Shown piece after piece: positions 35,970 to 45,813 of a stretch of 64,000 nt of DNA. Under the pieces are notes generated by a model that did no database searches, was not told the origin of the DNA, and saw only the letters and a program-made list of their open reading frames with translations. A program made the translations under genes and the position numbers. The stretch's first letter is position 1. Every line of letters begins with the position of its first letter. The DNA comes from a virus (lineage: Duplodnaviria > Heunggongvirae > Uroviricota > Caudoviricetes), in IMG/VR virus record IMGVR_UViG_3300029305_002265. The stretch is one strand, 5' to 3'.

Positions 35970-36348
35970 TTTTAGTAATTAATTTATCCAACATTCTATA
36001 TACAGAAGGCAAGCCACCTCTATCATCAATATAAGCATTTGCATATGTTTTGCGCCCACCAAAAGATATAGAACTGTCACAGTTAATACCTTTATATTTA
36101 ATGCCTACATTTTCCATATACTCCTTGATTATTGGATGCTGCGCTTCGCCATTTCCTGTTAAAATAACAACCTCTGAATAAGGCTCCCAACGTTTGAGGA
36201 GCGTAATAACATCACTATAAGAACGACCAAGTTTATGAAAATCATAGATGGTATCATCGAAGTCTACGCAAAAGATGAGTTTGCCATACTTCTTGAATTC
36301 ATCTTCAAGTCTTTGATAGCAATTTTCTTCAGAAAGATAAAAATCCAT
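35941..36348 (-). CDS. Small HAD-superfamily phosphatase (135 aa)
   Basis: DxDxT motif CVDFDDTIY; size similar to stand-alone polynucleotide/nucleotide phosphatase domains. Confidence 0.45.
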   Translation of the reverse strand: MDFYLSEENCYQRLEDEFKKYGKLIFCVDFDDTIYDFHKLGRSYSDVITLLKRWEPYSEVVILTGNGEAQHPIIKEYMENVGIKYKGINCDSSISFGGRKTYANAYIDDRGGLPSVYRMLDKLITKIENGEITHE

Positions 36349-37826
36349 TAAAAATTACCTCCGTGCAATCTATCTCTAATTTCTGCAAGAGTCTGCTCTT
36401 TAGTCATTACTCCATCTTTGAATATGGTGACTAAATGATTCTGATAATCATATTTTGCTTCATCCCATGTAGCACCATCTATATAAACAAGTGCTTCTTT
36501 CTCTCGACTCCATCTAACGGAACAACATCCCTTCTGCGACTTCTTAAAACCACCATCTTTAGGATTCTTGAATATCGGATATGGCTTACCGTCAATCTCA
36601 CAATAAGTCGCCTTGATGCAAGAACTAAAAGTATCTCTTGTGAAAGGCTTCAGAATACCATCTTCCTCAACACACTGGAACGAGAACGAACCAACACCAA
36701 GAGCAACATTGGAACAAGCAAATCCATTTTCCATAAGAATTTGATAAATCTGTTCGCAACGCTGGATAGTAATACTGTCGCCATAAATTGCTTTCACATG
36801 AGGATTAAGCACTTTATATCCCTTACTATTAATAGTACCACCAAAGATATCCCAAAGTTTAAAAACGGTTTTGGTTACAACCTCAACACAGTCACCAGAG
36901 TCACCACGCATAAGCATGCAACCATTGTGTGCAAGGATTTCTTCCTTAAGTCTAGGAAGAATATTGTCAATTACATTCCAATAATCATAAGAGTCAAGTA
37001 CAGCAGAAAAACTTGTGTTAGGGTAAATTTCTGTAAGCAGTCTTCTAAGAAGAGTTTCCTCATCGCCATCAACGGCATAGTTACTGCACATTACAGAATG
37101 CTCAGTAGAAGGCGAACCAAAAGCCACAGGTTCTTTTGTACAATCACAGTTATAATTTGCCTCAAGGTAAGGAATTGTAGGAACAGTTGCCGTATTCAAG
37201 AAGGATAGACACCAACCAGCTCCCGCCTTTTCAGCAGATTGTAGACATTCTTCACCTCTAAAGTCGAATGCACCAAGTGCTCTTGCTCTCGGAATATTGT
37301 CATCACAAGTGAGGTCATAATACTTGTTGACAATTTCTCTATATGTATAACCAACAGTAGCAGCAAGCATTGGATGCCATATCTCAGCAGAAATAAGGGA
37401 TTCTAAACTCTGAGGCAACCACGCAAAATCAGGGTGAGTGTTTGTAATACCAAACATCGGCACATGCATAGGTACAAGCGTTCCTTCGGGAAGTGCTACA
37501 ATTTCAATAGGAAGATAGCCAAGCTTGTGAAGATGTTCAATTTTATCAATTTTATATGTGTCCTTGCCAAGAGTTGCATCCATAACTCTCTTATATTCAG
37601 AGATTACTTCATCAAAAGACTTGTTAAAGAATTCGTTGTTAAAATAATCAATAAGATAGGTCTTAATGAATCCCTGAAGTCCAAACATTACCACCTTGTC
37701 CCATCTCTTTACTCTGCTCATGCGAGGAGTAAAGTAAGATACGGACTTAGTAATGCCCTTGGGGAGCATTTCGGCATGGACAGCCTTATAGAAATCAATT
37801 AACAACATAGGATTTGTTCTTCTCAT
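36348..37826 (-). CDS. Nicotinamide phosphoribosyltransferase family protein (NAMPT/NadV or Namat-like)
   Basis: N-terminus NPMLLIDFYKAVHAEMLPKGITKSVSYFTPR parallels NAMPT NILLATDSYKVTHYKQYPP…VYSYFECR; 492 aa. Confidence 0.8.
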   Translation of the reverse strand: MRRTNPMLLIDFYKAVHAEMLPKGITKSVSYFTPRMSRVKRWDKVVMFGLQGFIKTYLIDYFNNEFFNKSFDEVISEYKRVMDATLGKDTYKIDKIEHLHKLGYLPIEIVALPEGTLVPMHVPMFGITNTHPDFAWLPQSLESLISAEIWHPMLAATVGYTYREIVNKYYDLTCDDNIPRARALGAFDFRGEECLQSAEKAGAGWCLSFLNTATVPTIPYLEANYNCDCTKEPVAFGSPSTEHSVMCSNYAVDGDEETLLRRLLTEIYPNTSFSAVLDSYDYWNVIDNILPRLKEEILAHNGCMLMRGDSGDCVEVVTKTVFKLWDIFGGTINSKGYKVLNPHVKAIYGDSITIQRCEQIYQILMENGFACSNVALGVGSFSFQCVEEDGILKPFTRDTFSSCIKATYCEIDGKPYPIFKNPKDGGFKKSQKGCCSVRWSREKEALVYIDGATWDEAKYDYQNHLVTIFKDGVMTKEQTLAEIRDRLHGGNF

Positions 37827-38629
37827 AATTCAAATACCTCAATCTTTTCGTGTTCCTTTGTAAAAATACTGTTAGTCGTATAAACTCTTTCAATGAAACC
37901 GCTTGTAAGAAGTTCGCCTTCGAGGATAGTGTTTTCACAATGAGTTATATAAAGATATATGTTCTTAGCACCAGCCTCTTTGAGTGCTTTAGCAGAATGA
38001 TAGAAAGTGCCACCACGAGAACAAATGTCGTCAATAATTAAAACATCTCTATCTTTTACAACATCTTTGTTCATTAGTTCAAGACCAAGAATCTTTCCTG
38101 TTTCCCAATCACGCTTTTTAATTCCGAAAGCATAAGCACCCTTTACATAATCTGTGCCACGCTTCATTGCGCCTTCATCTGGATAAAAAGCAACCAAGCC
38201 ATTTTTATTTGGGATAGCTTCAATTGTCCTAGTAATCATTTCCAGTGGATGTTTAACCTTAACATTGTTAATAAGCGCTGCACAAACATTGCTGTGCGGG
38301 TCAAGAATTCTCACTTCAGTAAAATTGAGACCGTTAATCACATCTGCGAAATGCTTCAGAGTAAAAAATTCATTAGAGCTTTTTACTCTGTCCATACGAG
38401 CGTGTGGACAATAAGGCATTTCAAGAATCATATCTTGTCTATCAAAATGTTTGCGAATGCAAATTATAGTAAACAGTTCGGCGTCGTTTTCATAGTGCCA
38501 AGTGAGTATCTTTGGAGATTTGCCAAACCAATCCAAACTAAAAATAGGCTCTGTATAATCGGTTTCAATTCTTAAAGAGTTGTCTGGAAAACGAGCCTGT
38601 GTTATAAGCTTATCATTTATTTTAATCAT
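37823..38629 (-). CDS. Ribose-phosphate pyrophosphokinase family protein (Prs or Adps-like); start moved to MIKINDK after GGAGAATAATT
   Basis: PRPP-binding loop VLIIDDICSRGGT; 4-nt overlap with the NAMPT-like gene. Confidence 0.7.
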   Translation of the reverse strand: MIKINDKLITQARFPDNSLRIETDYTEPIFSLDWFGKSPKILTWHYENDAELFTIICIRKHFDRQDMILEMPYCPHARMDRVKSSNEFFTLKHFADVINGLNFTEVRILDPHSNVCAALINNVKVKHPLEMITRTIEAIPNKNGLVAFYPDEGAMKRGTDYVKGAYAFGIKKRDWETGKILGLELMNKDVVKDRDVLIIDDICSRGGTFYHSAKALKEAGAKNIYLYITHCENTILEGELLTSGFIERVYTTNSIFTKEHEKIEVFEL

Positions 38630-38631
38630 AA

Positions 38632-39141
38632 TTATTCTCCAATCACATTTATCTGGCACATTTTCATTGTGGTAAGTGCCGCCTGATGAGTCTCAGGAGT
38701 TACACCAGCACAACAACTTGCATCTACTGTAATGCTGATTTCGGGGAACTGAGCCTTGAGAATAAGTGCATTAGACACTACGCAAATGTCGGTGCAAAGA
38801 CCTACGAGTTCAATTTCTTCAAAATCAAACAAGTCGTTCCAATATGTGCAACCGAAGGTGTATTTATCGACGTGAACACATTCTGGAGAATTAATTTCCT
38901 TTGTTATAAGCCAGCCCTCGGTGCCACGAATACAGTGTTCGACAGGCAAGTGCTTGCCCTCGTTGGTGGTAAGATAATATGCTGAATGAGTATCTCTTGT
39001 AAAGATAATCTCATCTCCACGAGCCTTATACTCTTCAATCTTCCTCTTTACATTTGGCACAATAGCCTGCGCCTCCTTAGTTCCGAGGGCGCCGTCAATA
39101 AAATCATTCTGCATGTCAATTACAATAAGCGTTCTTTTCAT
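38632..39141 (-). CDS. Isochorismatase-family cysteine hydrolase, nicotinamidase (PncA)-like
   Basis: VIDMQNDF (Asp), GLCTDICV (catalytic Cys) arrangement as in PncA. Confidence 0.65.
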   Translation of the reverse strand: MKRTLIVIDMQNDFIDGALGTKEAQAIVPNVKRKIEEYKARGDEIIFTRDTHSAYYLTTNEGKHLPVEHCIRGTEGWLITKEINSPECVHVDKYTFGCTYWNDLFDFEEIELVGLCTDICVVSNALILKAQFPEISITVDASCCAGVTPETHQAALTTMKMCQINVIGE

Positions 39142-39183
39142 TTGTTTTCTCCTTTGATTTTTAAATCATTTTGTTGTGTCTGT

Positions 39184-39248
39184 ATTTTATCATATATTTT
39201 TAAATTTGTCAATAACTTACGCTTCTTATTTACATTTTATTTACATTT
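39184..39248 (-). promoter_or_regulatory. Sigma70-type promoter TTGACA-N17-TAAAAT with TTGTAAATAAAATGTAAATAAG repeats
   Basis: rc of 39207-39212 is TTGACA and rc of 39184-39189 is TAAAAT; repeats at 39226-39248. Confidence 0.45.
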
Positions 39249-39306
39249 GCACCTCACAGTCCTCAAAAGGTGCAAATATTGCACTTTTAAAGGGTGCTGT
39301 AGGTGC
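39245..39306. repeat. Cluster of GGTGCAAAT / ATTTGCACC repeats (one perfect 9-bp inverted repeat plus a further direct copy): operator-like
   Basis: atttgcacc at 39245-39253; ggtgcaaat at 39271-39279 and 39296-39304; the partial GCAC…GGTGC repeat lies between them. Confidence 0.4.
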
Positions 39307-39309
39307 AAA

Positions 39310-42300
39310 TTATTCGATAGTATAGGATGTAAGCCAGACGTCTTCTCTGCTATAATCCTGCACCCAGTTCTCTCCGTCCTTTTTCCACGCAGGTTTCTTT
39401 GTTGTACGATAGTCGATAATCATGCCTGATGCAAGAGGGTTGCTCTCGTAGTCCTTTTTCTTTAGCTTAGCGTTAACCGTCTGACCATCGTAGAGTCTGT
39501 ATAATGAAAGTTTCGGAGTATACTTGGTATTAATATCTAAGACAACTGCCTTGGTAGGTTTGGTAGGATCGACAAGGTCAATGTATCCTAGGAACTCCTT
39601 TTGTGCCTCAATTTGAGATAAGATAGGCAGTTCTTGATCTGGTACCATAGAACACAGTTCGGATAACATTGTTGTCATACCTTCTGACTCAAAGCGGTAT
39701 TGCTTCTCGGTAGATGATTTGGCATACTTCTCAATAATCTCGACTGGTAAATCTAGTTTCTCCTTCTTTAAAACCTTCTTGCCATTGTACTTATCATAAA
39801 GTTCGGCTATCTTTAAGAGTTTTAGGCTGCCTCCAAACTCGGAGAAGTAATTTAAGCGAGTGAGTATTTCTCTCTGTCTGCTATTTCCAGGGAATACGGA
39901 TAGTAGATCCACAAAAGAGTCAAACTTCTGATCTTTCATAGAATATAATTGCTCTGATACTTCCGAGTTCATATATTTAAGGCTCGATAAGCCTTTATAG
40001 ATGCTATTCGTTTCTTTTTCCATGTTATAATTCGCACGAGAGTGACGGAACTTGATCGGATTCAAGGTAATACCGAAGTATGGCATCTCTGCAGTTAACT
40101 TTGCAGTTCTATCAAGGTCATCGCTATATAAAGATAATGCCACCGTAAAGTATTCATTTGGATATGTCGCTTTCAAATAAGCTCCATATAAACTATCAAT
40201 TGCAACAGAGAGACTATGCGAAGCATTAAATGAATAATGCGCTGCATCTTCTACAACCTGCCATGTCTCGTTAAAACCCTCTTCACGACCAACGTTCTTA
40301 ACCCAGCCTGCACGAAGCTGAGACTTAAGTTCGTTTAGCTCTTCTTCCTTGAACTTTTTCTTTGCAATCTTTTTAATAATATCATATGTACCCTTTTCCT
40401 CTACACCAAGCCAAACAAGATATTTCATTATCGACTCTTGGTACATTAAGTAATGGAAGGAATCTTTGAGAATATCATCAAGCTCCTTGACACCCGTTGT
40501 ATACGGCATTCTATCTACAAAATTGTTAAGTAGTGATGCAAATCCAGGACGAATAGCGGCAACATATGCCGACAACTCCGACAGGTTTCTAGGTTTATAC
40601 TTCTTCAGTATCTGTTTATCGTAGTCGGAGTCTGCCTGGTTGATGGTCGTCGTCAATCCCTTGGCATAAACATCCCATACCTTATCATCACAATTCGCAA
40701 CAAGGGTGTTAATGTCATCCATCGGCTTCCCAAGGAGTTTATAAACATCACTAATAAGTTGGTAAACCGTTACTGTCAGATAGTCATTCTTCAGGAACTT
40801 GTAAACATCACAGTTATAACCATCAAGGCAGCAGCAAGTAACATCTCCCACCTTAACCAATCCAACCATCTCGGAAATCTTATCATTGGAAAGCAAGAAC
40901 GAGCAAGGCGACGGAGCAACACTCTCTACTACGCCTCGGAATTTTTTACTGCCCTCAATCAAATCTTTCCACTTCTCATCATTTTCATATGTTTCAAGGT
41001 TTTTGGCGACTTCATCATACTCGGAGATATGCATATCGTGAGCCTTGCACCAAAGTCTAAATGCTGAAGACTCTTGCAAAGGTTTGTATGCAATCATATA
41101 ATAGATGCCATCTTCACCAAGTAAGTCTTTACTTGCTTGAATAACAGGGGTAACATCTGCCCAGTTAAGGTCGATATCGGGAAGGCTGCGGCTGGAGAGG
41201 ATACGTTCTGCCGACATAAATCTTGTAGGATAAAGAGTAATCGGAGCACTGATTCTATCGACCTCGGTAAGTCCCAACAGTTTATTAACGTAAAATGAAA
41301 CCGCACTACCTCTTCCACTCTTAGTCAGAATTGCATCATATTCCTTAACTGCTCTGTCAACGATATAATGGTCGAGGATGAAGTAATCTGCCATACCACA
41401 GTCTTCGATAATCTTGTATTCATACTTGATTTGTTCAATATACTCGGACCATCTTTCCTTAGGTACGTTGCTGCGCTCCTTTGCCCAGCCTTCATTGATG
41501 AGCTTCTTAAGAACTTTATTGCTATCTCCCTCTGTAATCTTAGGGATTTTGAACTCTTTGTCAATAGTTATGCCTTCGGCATTATCGAAAACAAGTGTAT
41601 TCTGCAGTGCCTCTGTTACCTCGTCCTCTGTGAGAATGCCTTGTATTTTATATCTTCGATAAATCTCATCGGAGTCTGGATAATCAAGACAAAAACCACT
41701 TTCTTCTTCATATACAATGCCCTTTGCTTTTAAGAATAAATCTCTATATTTAGCATCTTCGGGATAAATATAATGCGAGTCATTGGCGTGGATAATGGGA
41801 ATATTGTATTTTCTATGAACTTCCATTATCTTTTTATTATATTCTGCCTGATCGTGATCCGCATGAGATTGTACCTCAAGATAGAAGTTTGCTCCAAAAT
41901 GTTCTTTTACAGGCACCAAGAAGTCCGTATACCAAGAATCTTCTCCAACTGCTATTGTTTTATAAATAGGTCTTTCTTCTTCGTGTCCTGTGGTATCTAT
42001 ATAACCTGGGCCACTATCATATACTCGAACCTTTTCATACCCAATTATTTCTTTGGTTTTTTCGAAACTTTTGGGCTTAAACATCCTTCCTGCAACACAG
42101 GCAGTAGTCACAACGACCTCATCTCCTGGTAAAGAAAGCAAGAGGTTAAGATCGATTCTCGGCTTATAGTAGTAACCATTGGTATTTGCCGTAGACATTA
42201 TTCTATTGATTTGTCTTCTGGCATTCTCCGTCATTGCAACGAGGATTATATGGTACATTGCTCTTGATGACTTATCATTGATATCATCAACATAATATGC

Positions 42301-42507
42301 CTCGACTCCATAAATACACTTTAGGCCATTCTCTTGACACAATGTATATGCCTCGAAGATGTTTCCTTGGTATCCATGCTCGGTTGTAAAATATGTAGTG
42401 TGTCCTAATTCTTTAGCTCTGTTGACATAATCAATAGGCTTTGATACGCAGTCAAGCGTTCTTAGGTTTGAGTACATAGTATGTTTATGATAGTTGTTGT
42501 ATCTCAT
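39310..42507 (-). CDS. dnaE: DNA polymerase III alpha subunit, DnaE-type (PHP domain N-terminal); start at the second ATG after AGGAG
   Basis: About 1065 aa; PHP-domain N-terminus (HKHTMYS…TEHG) and Pol III alpha core-like length/architecture. Confidence 0.8.
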   Translation of the reverse strand: MRYNNYHKHTMYSNLRTLDCVSKPIDYVNRAKELGHTTYFTTEHGYQGNIFEAYTLCQENGLKCIYGVEAYYVDDINDKSSRAMYHIILVAMTENARRQINRIMSTANTNGYYYKPRIDLNLLLSLPGDEVVVTTACVAGRMFKPKSFEKTKEIIGYEKVRVYDSGPGYIDTTGHEEERPIYKTIAVGEDSWYTDFLVPVKEHFGANFYLEVQSHADHDQAEYNKKIMEVHRKYNIPIIHANDSHYIYPEDAKYRDLFLKAKGIVYEEESGFCLDYPDSDEIYRRYKIQGILTEDEVTEALQNTLVFDNAEGITIDKEFKIPKITEGDSNKVLKKLINEGWAKERSNVPKERWSEYIEQIKYEYKIIEDCGMADYFILDHYIVDRAVKEYDAILTKSGRGSAVSFYVNKLLGLTEVDRISAPITLYPTRFMSAERILSSRSLPDIDLNWADVTPVIQASKDLLGEDGIYYMIAYKPLQESSAFRLWCKAHDMHISEYDEVAKNLETYENDEKWKDLIEGSKKFRGVVESVAPSPCSFLLSNDKISEMVGLVKVGDVTCCCLDGYNCDVYKFLKNDYLTVTVYQLISDVYKLLGKPMDDINTLVANCDDKVWDVYAKGLTTTINQADSDYDKQILKKYKPRNLSELSAYVAAIRPGFASLLNNFVDRMPYTTGVKELDDILKDSFHYLMYQESIMKYLVWLGVEEKGTYDIIKKIAKKKFKEEELNELKSQLRAGWVKNVGREEGFNETWQVVEDAAHYSFNASHSLSVAIDSLYGAYLKATYPNEYFTVALSLYSDDLDRTAKLTAEMPYFGITLNPIKFRHSRANYNMEKETNSIYKGLSSLKYMNSEVSEQLYSMKDQKFDSFVDLLSVFPGNSRQREILTRLNYFSEFGGSLKLLKIAELYDKYNGKKVLKKEKLDLPVEIIEKYAKSSTEKQYRFESEGMTTMLSELCSMVPDQELPILSQIEAQKEFLGYIDLVDPTKPTKAVVLDINTKYTPKLSLYRLYDGQTVNAKLKKKDYESNPLASGMIIDYRTTKKPAWKKDGENWVQDYSREDVWLTSYTIE

Positions 42508-42537
42508 TCTTTCACTCCTAATCATTTTGTTGTGTAA

Positions 42538-42603
42538 AGTATAGCACCAAAGTTTTAATTTGTCAAGATACTTCGGTGCTAATTTACAATTTATTTACAA
42601 TTA
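42538..42603 (-). promoter_or_regulatory. Sigma70-type promoter TTGACA-N17-TGcTATACT with TTGTAAATAAATTGTAAA repeats
   Basis: rc of 42561-42566 is TTGACA and rc of 42538-42543 is TATACT; repeats at 42584-42603. Confidence 0.5.
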
Positions 42604-43206
42604 AATCTCGTCCTCTTCTTCGGCCGAGCCCTCATTCAAGAATGCCGTAAACTCGTCATACTTCCGCTGCTTAATTTTTCCAGGTTTCCCCTTGATATTG
42701 TAGGTAAGATACTTGTCGAAGAGCTCCTTGATTTCGCGCTGGGTATTTTTTCTTCCTTGCTGGAGCCCATCTCTGTAGCCTTTATTCGACTTGGCGTCAC
42801 CGAGTGCCGCCTTGCCCTCGCCTTGGCTACCAGTTGTCTTATTACGCAGTTGAAATCCTTGGTCAGCGTAACACTTAATCCAATACTGCTCTCTGCCATC
42901 AAGCTCGTCTTCTGGGCAATGGCAGATTATCTCAACGTGGTAACCATAGGGATTGGTTTCTTCATCATAAAACTTATGTTTCTTAATACTACAGTCGATA
43001 TGTTGATATCCACTAAGATGTTCTGCAAGTCTCTTTAATAAGTTCTTGGCTTGCCCAACATAAGCAAACTTAAAACCGTTCTCGTCTGTACGATAAAATA
43101 CATAAAGGCCTGAATCTTCCGTTGCAATAGGACACACCTTCCGTATCTTATCTTCATTAGCTTTTCTTATAGCCATTATCTGTCTGTAATTCGTAGCCAT
43201 AACCAA
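42601..43206 (-). CDS. GIY-YIG nuclease-domain protein
   Basis: GLYVFY…FAYVGQAKNLLKRLAEH matches the GIY-(x10)-YIG …R…E pattern. Confidence 0.6.
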   Translation of the reverse strand: MVMATNYRQIMAIRKANEDKIRKVCPIATEDSGLYVFYRTDENGFKFAYVGQAKNLLKRLAEHLSGYQHIDCSIKKHKFYDEETNPYGYHVEIICHCPEDELDGREQYWIKCYADQGFQLRNKTTGSQGEGKAALGDAKSNKGYRDGLQQGRKNTQREIKELFDKYLTYNIKGKPGKIKQRKYDEFTAFLNEGSAEEEDEI

Positions 43207-43211
43207 TCTCC

Positions 43212-44813
43212 TTAATCATTTTGTTGCGTATATTCATCAATTGTAAGTTGCAAAAATTTGTTTTTCCCATAGAACGGATTTGCAAGCACGCCTACCGCCA
43301 CAATCTCACCGTCATTACCAAGAGTTTGCCAATCCATACAGTTCCACTTAACAACAATAACTCCAGTCTCATTATCAATAATCTTAAGGTGTTTCTTGGT
43401 TGAGAACGTACTAACCTCATAATCGTTGGTTCTTACCAATACCTTAACTGGAGGAAAACCCTCCCCGCTAATACGATTGATTGCGTTCAGTTGCTTCACC
43501 AAATTCTCATTAATCTGACTCGGAGCAAGTTCTATATCTGCCTCTATATTAACAGAGAACTCAACATCTTTTAGTTCTTCCTCAATGACAGTCTTGAACT
43601 GCTCAAACTTATCTGCATCTATAAACGCACCCGCAGCATTGGGGTGTCCCTGGCAAAGACACAGTCCTGTACCATTTGCGATCTCAAGGAAGTTCTCGGT
43701 TCCCATACTTCTCATACTTCCCGCATATTGTTCATCTCGCTCTTTTAAAATAAATAGTGGCCTCTGATACATTGCTAGAAGCTTATTTGCAATAAGCCCC
43801 GTGATTTCTGCATCCGTGTCATTGTCGAGCATAAAGAACATACACTTCCTATCGAGCTGTAACTCGCCCTGCTCAAGTAATCCATCAAGCAAATCTGCTA
43901 CGACTTTATTCTGTTCTTCTCTGCAGTTTTTCAGATCCTTAACTAACTCGTCAATTTCATCCTCGTCTTCCGCAAGAAAAACATTCATTGCCTTTTCATT
44001 CTGATGCATTCTCATAGCAGCATTAACCAACGGTCCAATACTGAAACTGACCGACTGACTGTCAAATGTGTAATTACCGACCATCTTCTGCACCATAGGA
44101 TTTCTGAACTGTGCCAATCCTCGATATGCAATATATCTATTCTCTGGTTCCGCCATACTTGACATATCTGCTATAAGTCCTATCGCTGCATATGCCCATA
44201 AATCATCACTATAATCAGTTAGATTTTGGTAATCGCAATATTGCACGAATTTAAGACAAACTCCCGCACCCGACAAGAACTCATTTGGATATCCGTTTGC
44301 CGAACTCACGAGCACAAAATCCAAATCTGCGTCAAATAATCTTTGCTCAGGTAAGTGATGGTCAAATACCACAAGTTTTACGCCAGTGTCAAGAATTCGC
44401 TTGTAGACTTCAGGATCGTTGTTGAGAGAATCGACGATGATCATCACATCAACGCCATTAAGTAGCTTCAAATCAAAATCTTCGGCACCATGTTTCTTAC
44501 CATCATTGATAACGCACTTAACATCCGCACCACACTTACGCAAATATCGTGTGATAATGGCATTGCTGCTACAACCATCTGCATCCACGTCTGCCAACAC
44601 AAGGAACTTTTCTCCCATTGTAATGGCATCGTCTATAATCTGATATGCCTCGTCAAGTCCTTTTAATTCTTCGAACGGTATCATATCATCTTCCGTTGGT
44701 TTGAGGAAGTCGGAAATATCCTCGATTCCTCTCGAATCCAATATCGCCTCAATTATTTCAAAATCATCTTCCATCTGCCTGCCATCGATCTTGGCAGTAA
44801 GTTGTTTTATCAA
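43212..44813 (-). CDS. DHH-family phosphoesterase, RecJ-like ssDNA exonuclease (TTG start)
   Basis: DHH motifs VLADVDADG, VVFDHH and the DHHA1 GHPNAAG. Confidence 0.7.
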   Translation of the reverse strand: MIKQLTAKIDGRQMEDDFEIIEAILDSRGIEDISDFLKPTEDDMIPFEELKGLDEAYQIIDDAITMGEKFLVLADVDADGCSSNAIITRYLRKCGADVKCVINDGKKHGAEDFDLKLLNGVDVMIIVDSLNNDPEVYKRILDTGVKLVVFDHHLPEQRLFDADLDFVLVSSANGYPNEFLSGAGVCLKFVQYCDYQNLTDYSDDLWAYAAIGLIADMSSMAEPENRYIAYRGLAQFRNPMVQKMVGNYTFDSQSVSFSIGPLVNAAMRMHQNEKAMNVFLAEDEDEIDELVKDLKNCREEQNKVVADLLDGLLEQGELQLDRKCMFFMLDNDTDAEITGLIANKLLAMYQRPLFILKERDEQYAGSMRSMGTENFLEIANGTGLCLCQGHPNAAGAFIDADKFEQFKTVIEEELKDVEFSVNIEADIELAPSQINENLVKQLNAINRISGEGFPPVKVLVRTNDYEVSTFSTKKHLKIIDNETGVIVVKWNCMDWQTLGNDGEIVAVGVLANPFYGKNKFLQLTIDEYTQQND

Positions 44814-44816
44814 TTC

Positions 44817-45155
44817 TCATCCCTCCAACAAATCCTTCGGTATACCTAAAGTTTCATAAAGCTTATTACGTTGTTCGTCGATCCGCTTCGCCGTATCTGC
44901 GTCAGGATTGCATATCTTATAAACATTATCTAAACCAGTCCCATAAGTAATCTTCCAATTGCTTTTACACGGACATGCATCCACCCACGGTGCCACTCCT
45001 CGTCCACACACAGGGCAAATCCATCCTTCTTGCTTGCCGAAGCCCTGGGGCATAGGCATATCACAATTAGACAGACCACCTATAGATTTATCGTCTGCCA
45101 TATTATTTTTAAAATACGCTTCTTCTATATCGTCTAAATGAAAACCAATAGTCAT
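44817..45155 (-). CDS. Small Cys-rich (zinc-ribbon-like) hypothetical protein
   Basis: CPVCG…CPC. Confidence 0.3.
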   Translation of the reverse strand: MTIGFHLDDIEEAYFKNNMADDKSIGGLSNCDMPMPQGFGKQEGWICPVCGRGVAPWVDACPCKSNWKITYGTGLDNVYKICNPDADTAKRIDEQRNKLYETLGIPKDLLEG

Positions 45156-45157
45156 AA

Positions 45158-45526
45158 TTAATCCTCCACTTTAACTGCAAACTTATCAAAATAATCATTG
45201 GCATGCCACTTAGGCAAACTTAATGCCTTTTCACTTAACTCTTTATTGAAATAAACAAAAGGTTTATCATTCATTTGCGTTTCAACATAATATGAGGGAT
45301 CGTTGTCTGTTTCATCAATCCTTCCACAAATATTACATACCTTTGTAGGAAGAATGGTTTGCCTAATTTCTGGGCGACCTGTTTTGAAATTAGTAGTATG
45401 CCAATCTCGATACAACAATACCGTTTCATAAGTATGTTTATGATCGGCACGAGGTTGACCTTTCTTTTTTGATTTCTTTTTATATGCAGGAATTTCATCA
45501 TCGATTAAATTTATTTTATCATTCAT
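45158..45526 (-). CDS. Small hypothetical protein with a CNICGR zinc-finger-like motif
   Basis: ORF with RBS. Confidence 0.3.
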   Translation of the reverse strand: MNDKINLIDDEIPAYKKKSKKKGQPRADHKHTYETVLLYRDWHTTNFKTGRPEIRQTILPTKVCNICGRIDETDNDPSYYVETQMNDKPFVYFNKELSEKALSLPKWHANDYFDKFAVKVED

Positions 45527-45551
45527 ATCGATACCTCTTAAAACTCTATTT

Positions 45552-45782
45552 TTATATCACTAAATATCCAAGCCAACAACGACAAACAGTACCTTCTTTG
45601 ATAATATAGCCACAGGGTTCTACATTACACACATAAGCAAGTTGGCAAGTAAGCCATTCATCTGGAATAACTGGTTTACGCAGAGTTTGGGTTGCGGGGT
45701 CGATAATGTATAAGTCGTTATTATGAATAATTTCTCCCGCTGTGCGAGAAACTATTGTCCCATGTTGAAATCTATTTAACAT
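45552..45782 (-). CDS. Small Cys-rich hypothetical protein
   Basis: ORF. Confidence 0.25.
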   Translation of the reverse strand: MLNRFQHGTIVSRTAGEIIHNNDLYIIDPATQTLRKPVIPDEWLTCQLAYVCNVEPCGYIIKEGTVCRCWLGYLVI

Positions 45783-45813
45783 AATATACCTCTTAAAATT
45801 TTATTTTTATGTG

